Assembly (NCBI GenBank): GCA_964444095.1
Contig: CAYUEW010000001.1
Coordinates: 1 to 52,673, forward strand
DNA from: Candidatus Woesearchaeota archaeon
Lineage (GTDB): Archaea > Nanobdellota > Nanobdellia > Pacearchaeales > GW2011-AR1
DNA: 52,673 bases
Direction of reading: 5' to 3'
A program made the translations under genes and the position numbers. The notes beneath the pieces were generated by a model. It did no database searches and was not told where the DNA came from. It saw nothing but the letters and a program-made list of their open reading frames with translations. Shown one piece after another: positions 43,478-52,673 of the stretch; position 1 is the first letter of the stretch, and the number at the start of each line of letters is the position of its first letter.

Positions 43478-45302
43478 ACGAGGACAAATTACAATTTTTA
43501 TTATTATCGCGATAGTTTTAGTGGCAGGAGTGGCTGTTTTTTTTGTATTTAGAGATAGTCTGGGATTTACAAAGATTCCTGCAAATATTGAACCAGCATA
43601 TAATTCTTTTTTAACTTGTTTAGAAGATGAAGCTAGTATTGGAGTAGAAGTTTTAGGAAGCCAGGGGGGCTATATTGAATTACCAGACTTTGAACCCGGC
43701 TCTGTTTACATGCCTTTTTCTTCTCAGCTTAATTTTATGGGAAGCCCAATTCCCTATTGGTATTATGTTTCTAGTAATGGTGGGGAAGAAGAACAAGTTC
43801 CGTCACAAACAGAAATGGAAAGGCAGTTGCAAATATTTGTTGAAGAAAGAATAAAGAATTGCAATTTAGAAAGATATTATGAAGAAGGTTTTGAAATAGA
43901 ATTTGGAGAGCCAGAAGCAAAAGTGGATATTTCAAATAAAAGGGTGGAGGTGAGATTAACAATGCAGGTAGAGATGAGAAAGAATGAAGACTCTGCTTTA
44001 ATTAAAACGCATAAAATTTCAGTGGATTCAAAATTAGGGAAGCTCTATAATTCTGCCAAAAAGATTTATGAGAAAGAACAAAAGAATTTGTTTTTGGAAA
44101 ATTATGCTGTGGATACATTAAGACTTTATGCTCCTGTTGACGGGGTAGAGATTACTTGTTCCCCTTTAATCTGGGATACAAATGAGATTTTTGATTCCTT
44201 AGAAGAAGCAATTGAAGTGAATACTTTTGCCTTAAGAACTGATGAAGATTTCCTTACGCAAGAGCAAGAGTATTTTGTTGTGGATGTGGATGTTGATGAA
44301 GAAGTGAGATTTATAACCTCAAATACTTGGCCTCATTCTTTTGAAGTGTTGCCTTCAGATGGAAATGTCCTCTTAGCAAATCCTGTTGGAAATCAGCCGG
44401 GTTTAGGAGCATTGGGTTTTTGTTATGTGCCATATCATTTTGTATATAATGTAAACTATCCTGTATTGGTTCAAGTATCTTCTGGAGAAGAACTTTTCCA
44501 ATTCCCTTTTGCAGTAGTAATTCAAGGTAACAAACCAAGAGAATCATTAAATGCTGCTGCAAGTACGGTTGATATTGAATTATGTAAATATAAGAATACA
44601 CCAGTTTCGGTGAAGGTTTATGATGCTTTTATGAATCCCATTGAAGCAGAAATTTCTTACAAATGTTTTGGAGAAAAATGTAATATGGGAACTACAGATG
44701 AAGGGGTATTAAACACAGAATTTCCTCAATGTGTTAATGGATATGTGATTGCTAGAGCAGAAGGGTTTAATAATAAGAAACAAATTTTATCGACGACAAA
44801 TGCAGGAAGTGTGAGTTTAATGATGGATAAACTTTATGAGACGGACATTAATTTAAAATTAGATGGAAGTAATTATGATAAAGAAGCAATAATTTATTTT
44901 ATATCTGCAGATGAAACAAAAACTGTTGTTTACCCCGAGCAAAATTCTGTAGAATTAGTAGAAGGGCAATATGAAGTTCAAGTTTATATTTTTGATAATT
45001 CAGAAATAAAATTACCTGAGACAAATTATGAAGAGTGTGTTGAGGCAAGTAGGTCTGGAATTGGGGGTTTATTTGGTATGACAGAACAAAATTGTTTTGA
45101 TGTGTCTATTCCTGCACAAGTTATTTCTAATGCTCTTATAGGAGGAGGGAAGCAAGAACAGTATATTTTAGAATCTGAATTGCAAGAATCTAATTCAATA
45201 GAAATTCTTGCAGAGAGTTTAACAGCTCCTAAAACATTAGATGATTTACAAAATAATTATCTTTTATTTGAAGATAAAAAATTAGATATATATTTCACAT
45301 GA
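43467..45302 (+). CDS. Large (611 aa) protein with a canonical archaeal class III signal (MKNKRG|QITIFIIIAIVLVAGVAVFFVF); candidate pilus-associated adhesin
   Basis: KRGQ plus a hydrophobic helix identical in type to the small pilin at 17033. The stop overlaps the ATG of the giant gene (ATGA). Confidence 0.6.
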   Translation: MKNKRGQITIFIIIAIVLVAGVAVFFVFRDSLGFTKIPANIEPAYNSFLTCLEDEASIGVEVLGSQGGYIELPDFEPGSVYMPFSSQLNFMGSPIPYWYYVSSNGGEEEQVPSQTEMERQLQIFVEERIKNCNLERYYEEGFEIEFGEPEAKVDISNKRVEVRLTMQVEMRKNEDSALIKTHKISVDSKLGKLYNSAKKIYEKEQKNLFLENYAVDTLRLYAPVDGVEITCSPLIWDTNEIFDSLEEAIEVNTFALRTDEDFLTQEQEYFVVDVDVDEEVRFITSNTWPHSFEVLPSDGNVLLANPVGNQPGLGALGFCYVPYHFVYNVNYPVLVQVSSGEELFQFPFAVVIQGNKPRESLNAAASTVDIELCKYKNTPVSVKVYDAFMNPIEAEISYKCFGEKCNMGTTDEGVLNTEFPQCVNGYVIARAEGFNNKKQILSTTNAGSVSLMMDKLYETDINLKLDGSNYDKEAIIYFISADETKTVVYPEQNSVELVEGQYEVQVYIFDNSEIKLPETNYEECVEASRSGIGGLFGMTEQNCFDVSIPAQVISNALIGGGKQEQYILESELQESNSIEILAESLTAPKTLDDLQNNYLLFEDKKLDIYFT

Positions 45303-48300
45303 AACAAAAAAGAATGATAAAATTGAGTATTGTTTTCTTATTCTTACTTTTAGTACTACCCCTTGTCTCTTCTGCTACTCGTTCAAATCCCCAATATACA
45401 CAATATATGGGGCAAGGAGAATCTTCTAATGATTCTGTATGTCGAGAAGGACAGGACTTTCTTATTCAAATTGCTCCGTTTGGTTGCACTCCTGCCGTGG
45501 TGAGAAGTGATTTGTTGGAAGAACAGAATGTTCCTGTTTTTTGTCAATTGAGTGCTACAAAAGTTAATCCATTAATAGATGTTGAAGCAATTGATAGCAT
45601 ATCTTTTTCAGGGGAATATCCTCTAGAAGTAGAAGGACTTGCATTTCACCCTGCGCAAGCAGCACTTGGGTTAGAAGGAAATTTGAATAGTCCTGTATTA
45701 AATAATATTGGTTATGTAGTTATTGTTTTAAAAAAGCAAGCAAATTCTTCTGCAATGCCTGAGTATGTTTCGGGGAATCTTACAGCTAAGGTAAAATATG
45801 ATGTACAGAGCACCCTTGGTATAGGAAAAGCAAATTTTTATTTACCCGAATTAACAGACGCTGATTGGGAAAAGAGCCAATATCAATATAGTTTTTGGGA
45901 AGGCAAAGGAACAGTAAGAGCAGAAAATATAGATGAAAATAAAGTTTCTCTCTCAATTTATTCAAAAGGGAATAAGGTTTCTAGTGTTACTCTTAATGAA
46001 GGTGGAGAATCTGAAAAGATTTATCTTCCTGGTTTTGATTGTTTAGCAAGTTTGCAAGTTAAACTTAATGGCTTGGAAAATCCTAGTACCCGAGCACTTC
46101 TTCGAGTGAATGCAGATGTGGTAGAGGTTGCAGATGGAGAGAAATTTTTAGAGAATAAATGTCAAGTTACTAGTTTAAAAAAACAAGGATTGACACAAAA
46201 TGTGAAAATAAAATGTATAGAAGATGAGGGAGTAAATAGTTTTAATTTAATTATTAGTCCGAGGGTTAATTTGAGTATTGATGGTGTTGAAAATGAATTT
46301 GGTTTAGGAGATTCTCTTTATGATATTGATGAGGGAAAAAAATCTGTTTACTTGGCGTATATTGGAGCTAAGGGAGATTCACAGGATGTAAATAATTTAT
46401 TTGTTTTTCTTATGTCTAGTCCAGAACATAAAGAAAGATTAAGTGAAAGTGAATTAGCCAGATATAATTTTCTTGTAGGAGATTTGTTAGAAAAGAATTC
46501 TGGTTGGGATGGAGCAATTGATGAAGGTTCTAACCTTGTAAAAAAGATTCCAGGGATTTTGCCCTTGCTCGCTAATTTTGTTATACGAGGAGAAGAGTTT
46601 CATTGGGTTAATTATGGTGGTGTTGGAAGGGGATTTGCTGATTTAGTGATTGTTAACGGATTTGTTAATCCTCAAGATAAAATTTTAAGTGGAGACCCCA
46701 AAAAATATTATGGTTTAGCAACAGCAGATTATGAAACAATTGCAGAAAGTTTTTCTGGAGAGAGATACACACCTAAGATAGCTATTCCGCTTGATGAAGA
46801 AGCATTATATAAGAAGATTCTTTTTTCTTGGAGTTTGCAGCAGAAAGCAACTGTTTTGGAATTATGTGGTGAATTTAAGAATTTGTATTCTAATTCAGAT
46901 AAAGAATTAGAGAAATATTGTGATGATGAATATAAACTTTCAAATCAAGAAACAGCTTCAGTATATGTTACTATAAATGGGAATGTAAAAGAAATTATTT
47001 TTGATGGAATCTATGAGCCAAGTGCGCAAGAATATGGTGCGAAAATTTTTGTTAGCAATACTCTCCCAGCTTATGATGGAGAAAAAGATTTAAGAAAGAA
47101 TCAAGAAGTTTATGTTTCTGCTACTGAATCAATTATATTAAAAGAACTTGAAGAAGATTATGCGATTTTTGACGTTAGTAAAATTAATTATGAGAACATT
47201 AAAGAGATTACTTATAATCCTAAAAACTTGAAAATAGAATTAGGAGATTATGCAGTTATTGGTGAGAATAATTATAAGATAAATTTGGAAGGTATAAATC
47301 TTAAGAAATTTGCAAAGGTTTCTATTTCTCCTGGTTTTGAAGATTCAGGAACAACTGCAGATTTTGGTTTTAATATTGGAATTGAACAACGTGCAATTGA
47401 ATTATCCCCTGAAGTGATAGCAGGAAAAATTGAAAATTTAGATTCGGAGCTTGGGACATGGCAGAATATTTCTGATGGGCTTGAAACAGTTGTTAAGGGA
47501 TTGAAAGTCGCATGTATTGCAACAGGAGCTGCCTTGACGATTAAAAATCTTTTAGCAAATGCCGGAGGAGAAGGAATTGCTCGAAATTATGTTATGCGTG
47601 GTGCAGGAGGCTGGTATGAAAGGTGTGCAGATATGGTTGGGAGTGGAACTTATATTTCTCAAGAACAATGTTTAATTAAAAAAGCAGTTAATATTGATGC
47701 AGATGTTAGCACTCTTTCTGGTTTGATAAGTAAGCAGAATGAGAAGATACAAGAAATAGAAAAGGCGACGGTGAAAACAGAAACATTTGGTAATACTGTT
47801 GTAGATACTAAAGAGTTCATGATAGACTATTCTGAACAGGTTATTTCTTCCTTGGATAGCGAACAACTTGGAGAATTAGATCCATATAATACTGGAAAAA
47901 CAATTAACATGGAAGATATGAAAATAAGTTTATCTATTGGTGGCTGGGAAGAGGGAAATTATAATAAGGAACAATTAAGAGAAATTGAACTTTATTCAAA
48001 TGTTTTAAAAGAAGATTCAGGTGCGACAGATGAATTAAGAAGCATTGCAGAAAAAGAACTTTATTCTACTCTCTTGGATGTTCAAACGACTGCAGGAAGC
48101 TTTGTGGAAAGAACGACTATTGCGGGCACATTAGGGATTGATCCAGGAAAAATCGGTCTTTATGAGACTAAGGATACAAAGAAAATTAAGTATGAAGAAG
48201 TTACTTATGGGGATATAGCAGGAGAAGTGCCAATAGGCGGTTTAAATCCAGAGACACCAATTCAAGTAATACAATATGAAGGAGGAACATATGTGGTTGT

Positions 48301-51300
48301 TTTAGATGATTCTTCAGGAACAGGGATTTTGCCAATAAAACGTATTAATGAAGGCGAGGAAATGGTTTCTTCTGGGAATTTTCAAATATATGATTTAAAT
48401 GGAAAATTGGTTGAAGATCCTGAGGAACATGTGGCTGGATTAAAAAATATTTATTTTCAAAAATATGATAGTTTAACTTATGAGAATGAATATAAAAATG
48501 CAGAATTGCAATATTATGAGACAGAACCATATAAAGGACTTCCAGCAATTGTTCCTTTTGATGAAGATGAGGGGTGGTATGTTGCAACAAAACAAACTTT
48601 GCCAGTGTTAGGAAATGTGGGGGCATATGATGATTCTGGAGCAGCAAATAGTTTTTGGATATGTAATGTGGGTAAGAATGGTTTAGAAGAGAATATTGGA
48701 GGAGATGATAGTTGTCAAATGATTAATTTGGGAACAAGACAACCATTTGATCAATTTGGCGGACTTGATCCTGCTACTGCAGAAAAACTTGTAAGCCAAG
48801 CAGAAAAAGCAGTTGCTCAAGCATCTAGTGCTTATGGTTCGAATATGCCAAAGAAAGTTGATATTTTGGGAACTGCATTTGAAGTGGGGGCCCCTGCAGC
48901 TAATTTGTTAGGGATAGAATGTGCGGATTTAATGTCTCCTAAAGATTGTCAGTTATTGTTTAATGTTTGTGATCCGGTAATTTGTCCGTCGAGTAGGTGT
49001 GATTTGGGAGGCGCTTATCCTGTGAGAGATGTTGTTCAAACAGGAGTCATAGGAAGTTTGGTTTTGTGTTTACCTAATATTCAAGAAGGAATTTTTATGC
49101 CTATTTGTTTAACAGGAGTAAAAGCAGGAATTGATGGTTGGATTTCTGTAAGGATGTCATATAGAGATTGCTTGCAGAATGCATTAGACACGGGAGAGAT
49201 GGTTGGAATTTGTGATGAGATTTATAGTATTTATATTTGTGAATTTTTTTGGAGACAAGCATTACCTTTGGCAAATTTAGCAATACCCCAACTTGTTAGT
49301 GCAGTGATGGGGCAAAATGCGCGAGGAGGAGGAGAATATCTTTCTGTAGAAAATGCTTGGAAAACAGCAGGAGATTCGGTTACTTATTTCACTCAATATT
49401 ATGGAGCAAATGCTCTTGAAGCATTTAAATCTAGGACATCAGAAGAAGTCGGAACTGAAATTTGTAAGGTTTCTATTTCTGCAGTTTATGCTAGTGGAGC
49501 AGATTTGTTAGATACAATATCTGAACCAGATTCTCCTTCGCAGTTCCATGGGAGGTTTGATGAAATTCCTTTCTCTTCGGCAACAGTGCCTGCAACTTCA
49601 CAATACAAAGTATTTTATCATATTTATGCTGGACAAGATGCAGGAGCATATTATCAAGTTTATCTTCAGGGGATACCTGAAAGTAGTTATTATCAAGACT
49701 CTTCAGCGACGCTGACTGTTGCTTCTGGTTATATTGAAGCAGGAGGGTATGCTACAGAAACAGTGGACCAGACCGCAGTTTCAGGTTATCAAGAATTATG
49801 TATTAATGTTGATGGACAAGAAGAATGTGGGTTCGGAGAAGTTTCAACTTCTTTTGCAATAGATTATGCTACAGATATTTATGTAGCAAGTCAAGTAGAT
49901 GATGTAGAGATTAGCAAAGAATCAAAATGTGTTGGAGATAGTAATCTTGGAATAATTCGAGTTTGTGCAACATATAATCCTGGAGAAGGTTCAGACCCTT
50001 ATGTTGGAACAGAAAATTCAAGATGGAAAGAGGTGGGTTATTGTGGAGTGGAAGAAATTTTATGCTGGTTAGACACAGATAGTGTTGGAGATGCAATTGA
50101 AGTTGCTACCATTGAAGCAGATGCGTTGGGCAATGTTACACAAAATTATTTAGATATTTTAAGAGAGAAAGAAGGTTATCTTACAGAGGAAGAATTTGTT
50201 TCAAAAGTAGAAAAGATTAATAAAGAGGGAAAGATTTTTCGTAAGTTAGTTTTGATAGAAGAGATTTTTGATAAAGTTTTCTTAAACAAAGAAAAAGCTT
50301 ATTTGTATTTGTTAAGAGGAAATGCTTATGCGATGTTCTTGGGAGGAGATTTAGATGAGGACTTGGTAGAAGCAGGAGAAGAGACAGAAGAGGACCCTTT
50401 TATTGCTCGATATAAAAAAGTAGAAGGAGAATTTCCAGACGGATTGTTTGAATATTATGCTAAAGAAAATAAACCAACTGATTGGGGAAAAAATAGATTT
50501 AAAGGATTGTTGGTAGCAATTGCAGAAAGACAGAGTAATTTAGGAGATCCTGATCCAACTTGGATAATGGAATATGGTAATCGTGAAGAAATGTATGAAG
50601 GAGCAGAAAATCAAGTTAAATTTGCTTCGTCTACGTTGAAGTTAGCACTAAATAAAGTAAGTCCTGAAGGAAGTAATTATAAAGTGTGTGAAGGGAAAGC
50701 GGATACGGATTTATTACTTTGTGTAGTAAGTGTTTATCTCACTGGACAAGATGATGAAGAAGGAAGAGTTTATGCTCAAGAAGTTATTGATAGAATAAGT
50801 TTCTGGGAGAATTATTTTGATAAGAATGGAGAACAAATAGCAATAACGTTTGCCGAGGCAAGGGCAGCGTGTGGTTCTCCTTCTGATTTTAGGTATGAGG
50901 AATGTATGGCGATATTTGGTGTTGAAGAAGGAGATGAAGAAGAGGAGAAAGATGAAGAAGAAGGAGAACGAGAACAATGTGGAGATGGAGAATGTACTCG
51001 GGGAGAGATTTGTGGAAGTGTAGATATCCCTCCGCAATGCAAATCAGATTGTGGAGAGTGCGGGGATGATGAAGAAGTAATAGCTCCTGAGGAAGTTATT
51101 CAAAGATATTTGAAAATTGAGGAAGAGTTTAAGGTAAATGGGTGGTCCTTGTTTGAATATTATTCTGCAAAGAATAAACCAGATATTTTAACTAAAGAAA
51201 GGTTTAAGGCTTTGTTAGTTGCAATTGCAGAAAAACAAAGTAATCTTGGATATCCTGAAGGAAAGTATGATTCAGCTTGGTTAATGGAATATGGATATAA

Positions 51301-51589
51301 ATATGCAGGTACTCAAAGAGTAGATGAATCTGAAGGAGCAATAAAACAAGTAGCTTTAGCTTCAGAAGTATTGAATGTAGCATTAAATGGAGATAGGGAT
51401 TCAGAAAGTCCTTATTATGAATGTAGGAACAAATGGAAAATTAGAGATATTCGGTTAACTTGTGTAGTAGAAGTTTATTTAACTAATGATGAATCAAAAC
51501 CTCTTGATGTTTCTTTTGGGGAGCAATATGCTGAAGAGATTATAGATAGGATGGATTTTTGGGAAGAATATTTTATTGAGAATCAATAA
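45299..51589 (+). CDS. Giant (2096 aa) secreted protein with a Cys-rich central region and a duplicated C-terminal domain
   Basis: Uninterrupted ORF with the Sec-type signal MKQKRMIKLSIVFLFLLLVLPLVSSA. No C-terminal TM. Two related units of about 145-160 aa lie at the C-terminus, separated by an acidic linker and a CGDGEC...CGEC module. Confidence 0.7.
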   Translation: MKQKRMIKLSIVFLFLLLVLPLVSSATRSNPQYTQYMGQGESSNDSVCREGQDFLIQIAPFGCTPAVVRSDLLEEQNVPVFCQLSATKVNPLIDVEAIDSISFSGEYPLEVEGLAFHPAQAALGLEGNLNSPVLNNIGYVVIVLKKQANSSAMPEYVSGNLTAKVKYDVQSTLGIGKANFYLPELTDADWEKSQYQYSFWEGKGTVRAENIDENKVSLSIYSKGNKVSSVTLNEGGESEKIYLPGFDCLASLQVKLNGLENPSTRALLRVNADVVEVADGEKFLENKCQVTSLKKQGLTQNVKIKCIEDEGVNSFNLIISPRVNLSIDGVENEFGLGDSLYDIDEGKKSVYLAYIGAKGDSQDVNNLFVFLMSSPEHKERLSESELARYNFLVGDLLEKNSGWDGAIDEGSNLVKKIPGILPLLANFVIRGEEFHWVNYGGVGRGFADLVIVNGFVNPQDKILSGDPKKYYGLATADYETIAESFSGERYTPKIAIPLDEEALYKKILFSWSLQQKATVLELCGEFKNLYSNSDKELEKYCDDEYKLSNQETASVYVTINGNVKEIIFDGIYEPSAQEYGAKIFVSNTLPAYDGEKDLRKNQEVYVSATESIILKELEEDYAIFDVSKINYENIKEITYNPKNLKIELGDYAVIGENNYKINLEGINLKKFAKVSISPGFEDSGTTADFGFNIGIEQRAIELSPEVIAGKIENLDSELGTWQNISDGLETVVKGLKVACIATGAALTIKNLLANAGGEGIARNYVMRGAGGWYERCADMVGSGTYISQEQCLIKKAVNIDADVSTLSGLISKQNEKIQEIEKATVKTETFGNTVVDTKEFMIDYSEQVISSLDSEQLGELDPYNTGKTINMEDMKISLSIGGWEEGNYNKEQLREIELYSNVLKEDSGATDELRSIAEKELYSTLLDVQTTAGSFVERTTIAGTLGIDPGKIGLYETKDTKKIKYEEVTYGDIAGEVPIGGLNPETPIQVIQYEGGTYVVVLDDSSGTGILPIKRINEGEEMVSSGNFQIYDLNGKLVEDPEEHVAGLKNIYFQKYDSLTYENEYKNAELQYYETEPYKGLPAIVPFDEDEGWYVATKQTLPVLGNVGAYDDSGAANSFWICNVGKNGLEENIGGDDSCQMINLGTRQPFDQFGGLDPATAEKLVSQAEKAVAQASSAYGSNMPKKVDILGTAFEVGAPAANLLGIECADLMSPKDCQLLFNVCDPVICPSSRCDLGGAYPVRDVVQTGVIGSLVLCLPNIQEGIFMPICLTGVKAGIDGWISVRMSYRDCLQNALDTGEMVGICDEIYSIYICEFFWRQALPLANLAIPQLVSAVMGQNARGGGEYLSVENAWKTAGDSVTYFTQYYGANALEAFKSRTSEEVGTEICKVSISAVYASGADLLDTISEPDSPSQFHGRFDEIPFSSATVPATSQYKVFYHIYAGQDAGAYYQVYLQGIPESSYYQDSSATLTVASGYIEAGGYATETVDQTAVSGYQELCINVDGQEECGFGEVSTSFAIDYATDIYVASQVDDVEISKESKCVGDSNLGIIRVCATYNPGEGSDPYVGTENSRWKEVGYCGVEEILCWLDTDSVGDAIEVATIEADALGNVTQNYLDILREKEGYLTEEEFVSKVEKINKEGKIFRKLVLIEEIFDKVFLNKEKAYLYLLRGNAYAMFLGGDLDEDLVEAGEETEEDPFIARYKKVEGEFPDGLFEYYAKENKPTDWGKNRFKGLLVAIAERQSNLGDPDPTWIMEYGNREEMYEGAENQVKFASSTLKLALNKVSPEGSNYKVCEGKADTDLLLCVVSVYLTGQDDEEGRVYAQEVIDRISFWENYFDKNGEQIAITFAEARAACGSPSDFRYEECMAIFGVEEGDEEEEKDEEEGEREQCGDGECTRGEICGSVDIPPQCKSDCGECGDDEEVIAPEEVIQRYLKIEEEFKVNGWSLFEYYSAKNKPDILTKERFKALLVAIAEKQSNLGYPEGKYDSAWLMEYGYKYAGTQRVDESEGAIKQVALASEVLNVALNGDRDSESPYYECRNKWKIRDIRLTCVVEVYLTNDESKPLDVSFGEQYAEEIIDRMDFWEEYFIENQ

Positions 51590-51673
51590 TGCGGAGACAA
51601 GGATTCGAACCTTGGTAAGCACTAAGCTAACAGGTCCTAAACCTGTCCCGTTTGACCACTCCGGCATCCCCGC
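51590..51673 (-). tRNA. tRNA-Leu (anticodon UAG), class II with a long variable arm
   Basis: Hand fold: acceptor GCGGGGA/TCTCCGC, anticodon arm ACAGG-TTTAGGA-CCTGT, long variable arm, T arm CAAGG-TTCGAAT-CCTTG. Confidence 0.85.
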
Positions 51674-51797
51674 ACAGGAATACAATTATTTTTCCCTATA
51701 AAAAACTTTAGACACAGTTTTTCGGATAAACTTTTTGTTATCCCTAAAAAGGAAGAACACTCAGAAGATTTATAAACTTGGAAATTCTTGAATTTTT

Positions 51798-52313
51798 ATG
51801 AAACAAGAAAAAATTGATGATAATTTAATCAAGAAAAAAATCTATGATCTCTTGAGTTCGAAAGAAACTCGTTTAGCTGAGCTTTTCAAAAAGCATGAGC
51901 AAGATATTCATTATTATAATGACTCTAAATCTGAAGGATGTGGGAAATATTGCCATTGTAATGGAAAGATTTTTATTAATCTTAACTTGCCTGACAAAAG
52001 AAAAATTAAAAATTTTTCTCTTGCGAACTCTGTTATGAAAACTTTTCATGAAATAGGTCACAAACTTGATACTAAATCCAGATACTATTTCCAAAGCGAA
52101 TTAAGAGCAAGAAAATTTGAATACAATGTTGCTAAAAGACTTGGTGGCTCTTTTTTAGAATTTTCCAGTTCTGATTTTATGACTTTAGCAGCAGCAAAAG
52201 GAGATTATAATACTTTTGGTCAATTATTTAATTTACATACATTTTATAGAAAACAAGTAGGTATGCCTTGTTCCAATTATCACAAATTGTTTAATGCAAA
52301 AAATGCCAATTAA
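51798..52313 (+). CDS. Hypothetical protein with an HExxH motif (possible small zinc metallopeptidase)
   Basis: FHEIGHKLD motif in a 171-aa soluble protein. No other recognisable family signature. Confidence 0.35.
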   Translation: MKQEKIDDNLIKKKIYDLLSSKETRLAELFKKHEQDIHYYNDSKSEGCGKYCHCNGKIFINLNLPDKRKIKNFSLANSVMKTFHEIGHKLDTKSRYYFQSELRARKFEYNVAKRLGGSFLEFSSSDFMTLAAAKGDYNTFGQLFNLHTFYRKQVGMPCSNYHKLFNAKNAN

Positions 52314-52324
52314 TTTTAGAATTA

Positions 52325-52673
52325 TTACCTTTCTTTTTCTTTAATTTTATCTTCGAGTTTTAATCTTTCTATTAATTCCTTATATCGATTTCGAATTGTT
52401 ACTTCTGTTATTCCTGCAATATCTGCAACTTCTCTTTGAGTTTTCTTTTCATCATTGATTAACGCAGCGACGTAAAGTGCTGCGGCAGCAATTCCTGCAG
52501 GACCTCTTCCCGAAGTTAATTCAACTTTTTCTGCTTGTTTTAAAATATTCAATGCATCATTTTGTGTTCGAGGAGAAAGTTTCAAAACAGAAGAAAATCT
52601 TGAGATATAATCTTTTGGAGAACTTTGTTTCACTTTAATTCCTAATTTTCTAATTATAAATCTATAAGTTCTA
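52325..52673 (-). CDS. tfb: Transcription initiation factor TFB (TFIIB), C-terminal part; 5' end outside the window
   Basis: Cyclin-repeat blocks DYISRF...L.LS, GRGPAGIAAAALYVAA and REVADIAGITEVTIRNRYKEL. The reading frame stays open to the window edge beyond the GTG at 52633. Confidence 0.85.
   Translation of the reverse strand, partial: RTYRFIIRKLGIKVKQSSPKDYISRFSSVLKLSPRTQNDALNILKQAEKVELTSGRGPAGIAAAALYVAALINDEKKTQREVADIAGITEVTIRNRYKELIERLKLEDKIKEKER

Noticed and set aside
45299-51589. Calling the giant protein an S-layer protein, or assigning it a specific enzymatic class
   Set aside because: I could identify no recognisable S-layer, protease, nuclease or glycosidase motif with confidence. 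Only the tentative C-terminal lysozyme-like resemblance is reported, as a hypothesis.
42936-51673. The region bounded by tRNA-Val and tRNA-Leu (plus tRNA-Thr next to the wHTH/819-aa module) as an integrated mobile element or genomic island
   Set aside because: tRNA flanking is suggestive, but there is no integrase or excisionase. I found no direct repeat of a tRNA 3' end that would mark an att site, and no phage or plasmid genes. I treat it as tRNA-adjacent accessory surface cassettes rather than a demonstrable mobile element. A compositional (GC or k-mer) scan and comparison with related genomes would be needed.
51494-51685. 63-aa minus-strand ORF
   Set aside because: It overlaps tRNA-Leu (51590-51673) and the 3' end of the giant gene, so it is a tRNA-derived spurious ORF.
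1-52673. CRISPR arrays, rRNA genes, transposases or integrases
   Set aside because: I saw no regularly spaced short direct repeats and no long non-coding gaps (the largest is about 180 nt). No ORF has DDE, tyrosine- or serine-recombinase motifs that I could recognise.

Overview
The window reads as a low-GC, gene-dense archaeal chromosome segment. Archaeal markers include aEF-1beta, aIF2-alpha, TFB, RadA, RPA, Hef, a GINS-like protein, a RecJ/GAN-like DHH protein, EndoQ, Bud32, SRP54/FtsY and ribosomal proteins S15, S3Ae and L44e. Many proteins are shortened and biosynthetic genes are almost absent, so I infer a DPANN-like reduced archaeon; this is inference, not proof. I hand-folded four tRNAs: Gln-UUG, Thr-UGU, Val-GAC and Leu-UAG. 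I saw no rRNA, CRISPR array, transposase or integrase. Three accessory blocks stand out. (1) At 6837-18408 there is a self-contained type IV pilus-like locus: a FlaI/PilB-type ATPase, a large polytopic platform candidate, at least seven tightly packed proteins with class III (prepilin) signals, and an A24 prepilin peptidase. One of the prepilin-signal proteins carries a well-conserved AmpD/PGRP-type N-acetylmuramoyl-L-alanine amidase domain. This peptidoglycan-cleaving enzyme, apparently routed through an archaeal pilus pathway, is my top candidate for a new cell-cell interaction or attack system. (2) At 43340-51589 a tiny RHH-like ORF overlaps a 611-aa prepilin-signal protein, which overlaps a 2096-aa secreted giant protein. 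The giant protein ends in a duplicated domain with a weakly lysozyme/SLT-like motif. The block is flanked by tRNA genes. (3) At 35319-38625 there is a DUF5320 / DUF134 / NifX-like / MinD-ferredoxin / permease operon of unknown function, with paired inverted repeats in its leader. Other observations: a 188-bp perfect in-gene duplication, a near-identical promoter-like motif reused four times in the pilus locus, twin CAATATTG palindromes in front of a small wHTH gene coupled to an 819-aa surface protein, an ACP-like protein, a split Hef, and degenerate M50 and HIT proteins. All family assignments come from motifs read by eye in the translations. No database search was possible.
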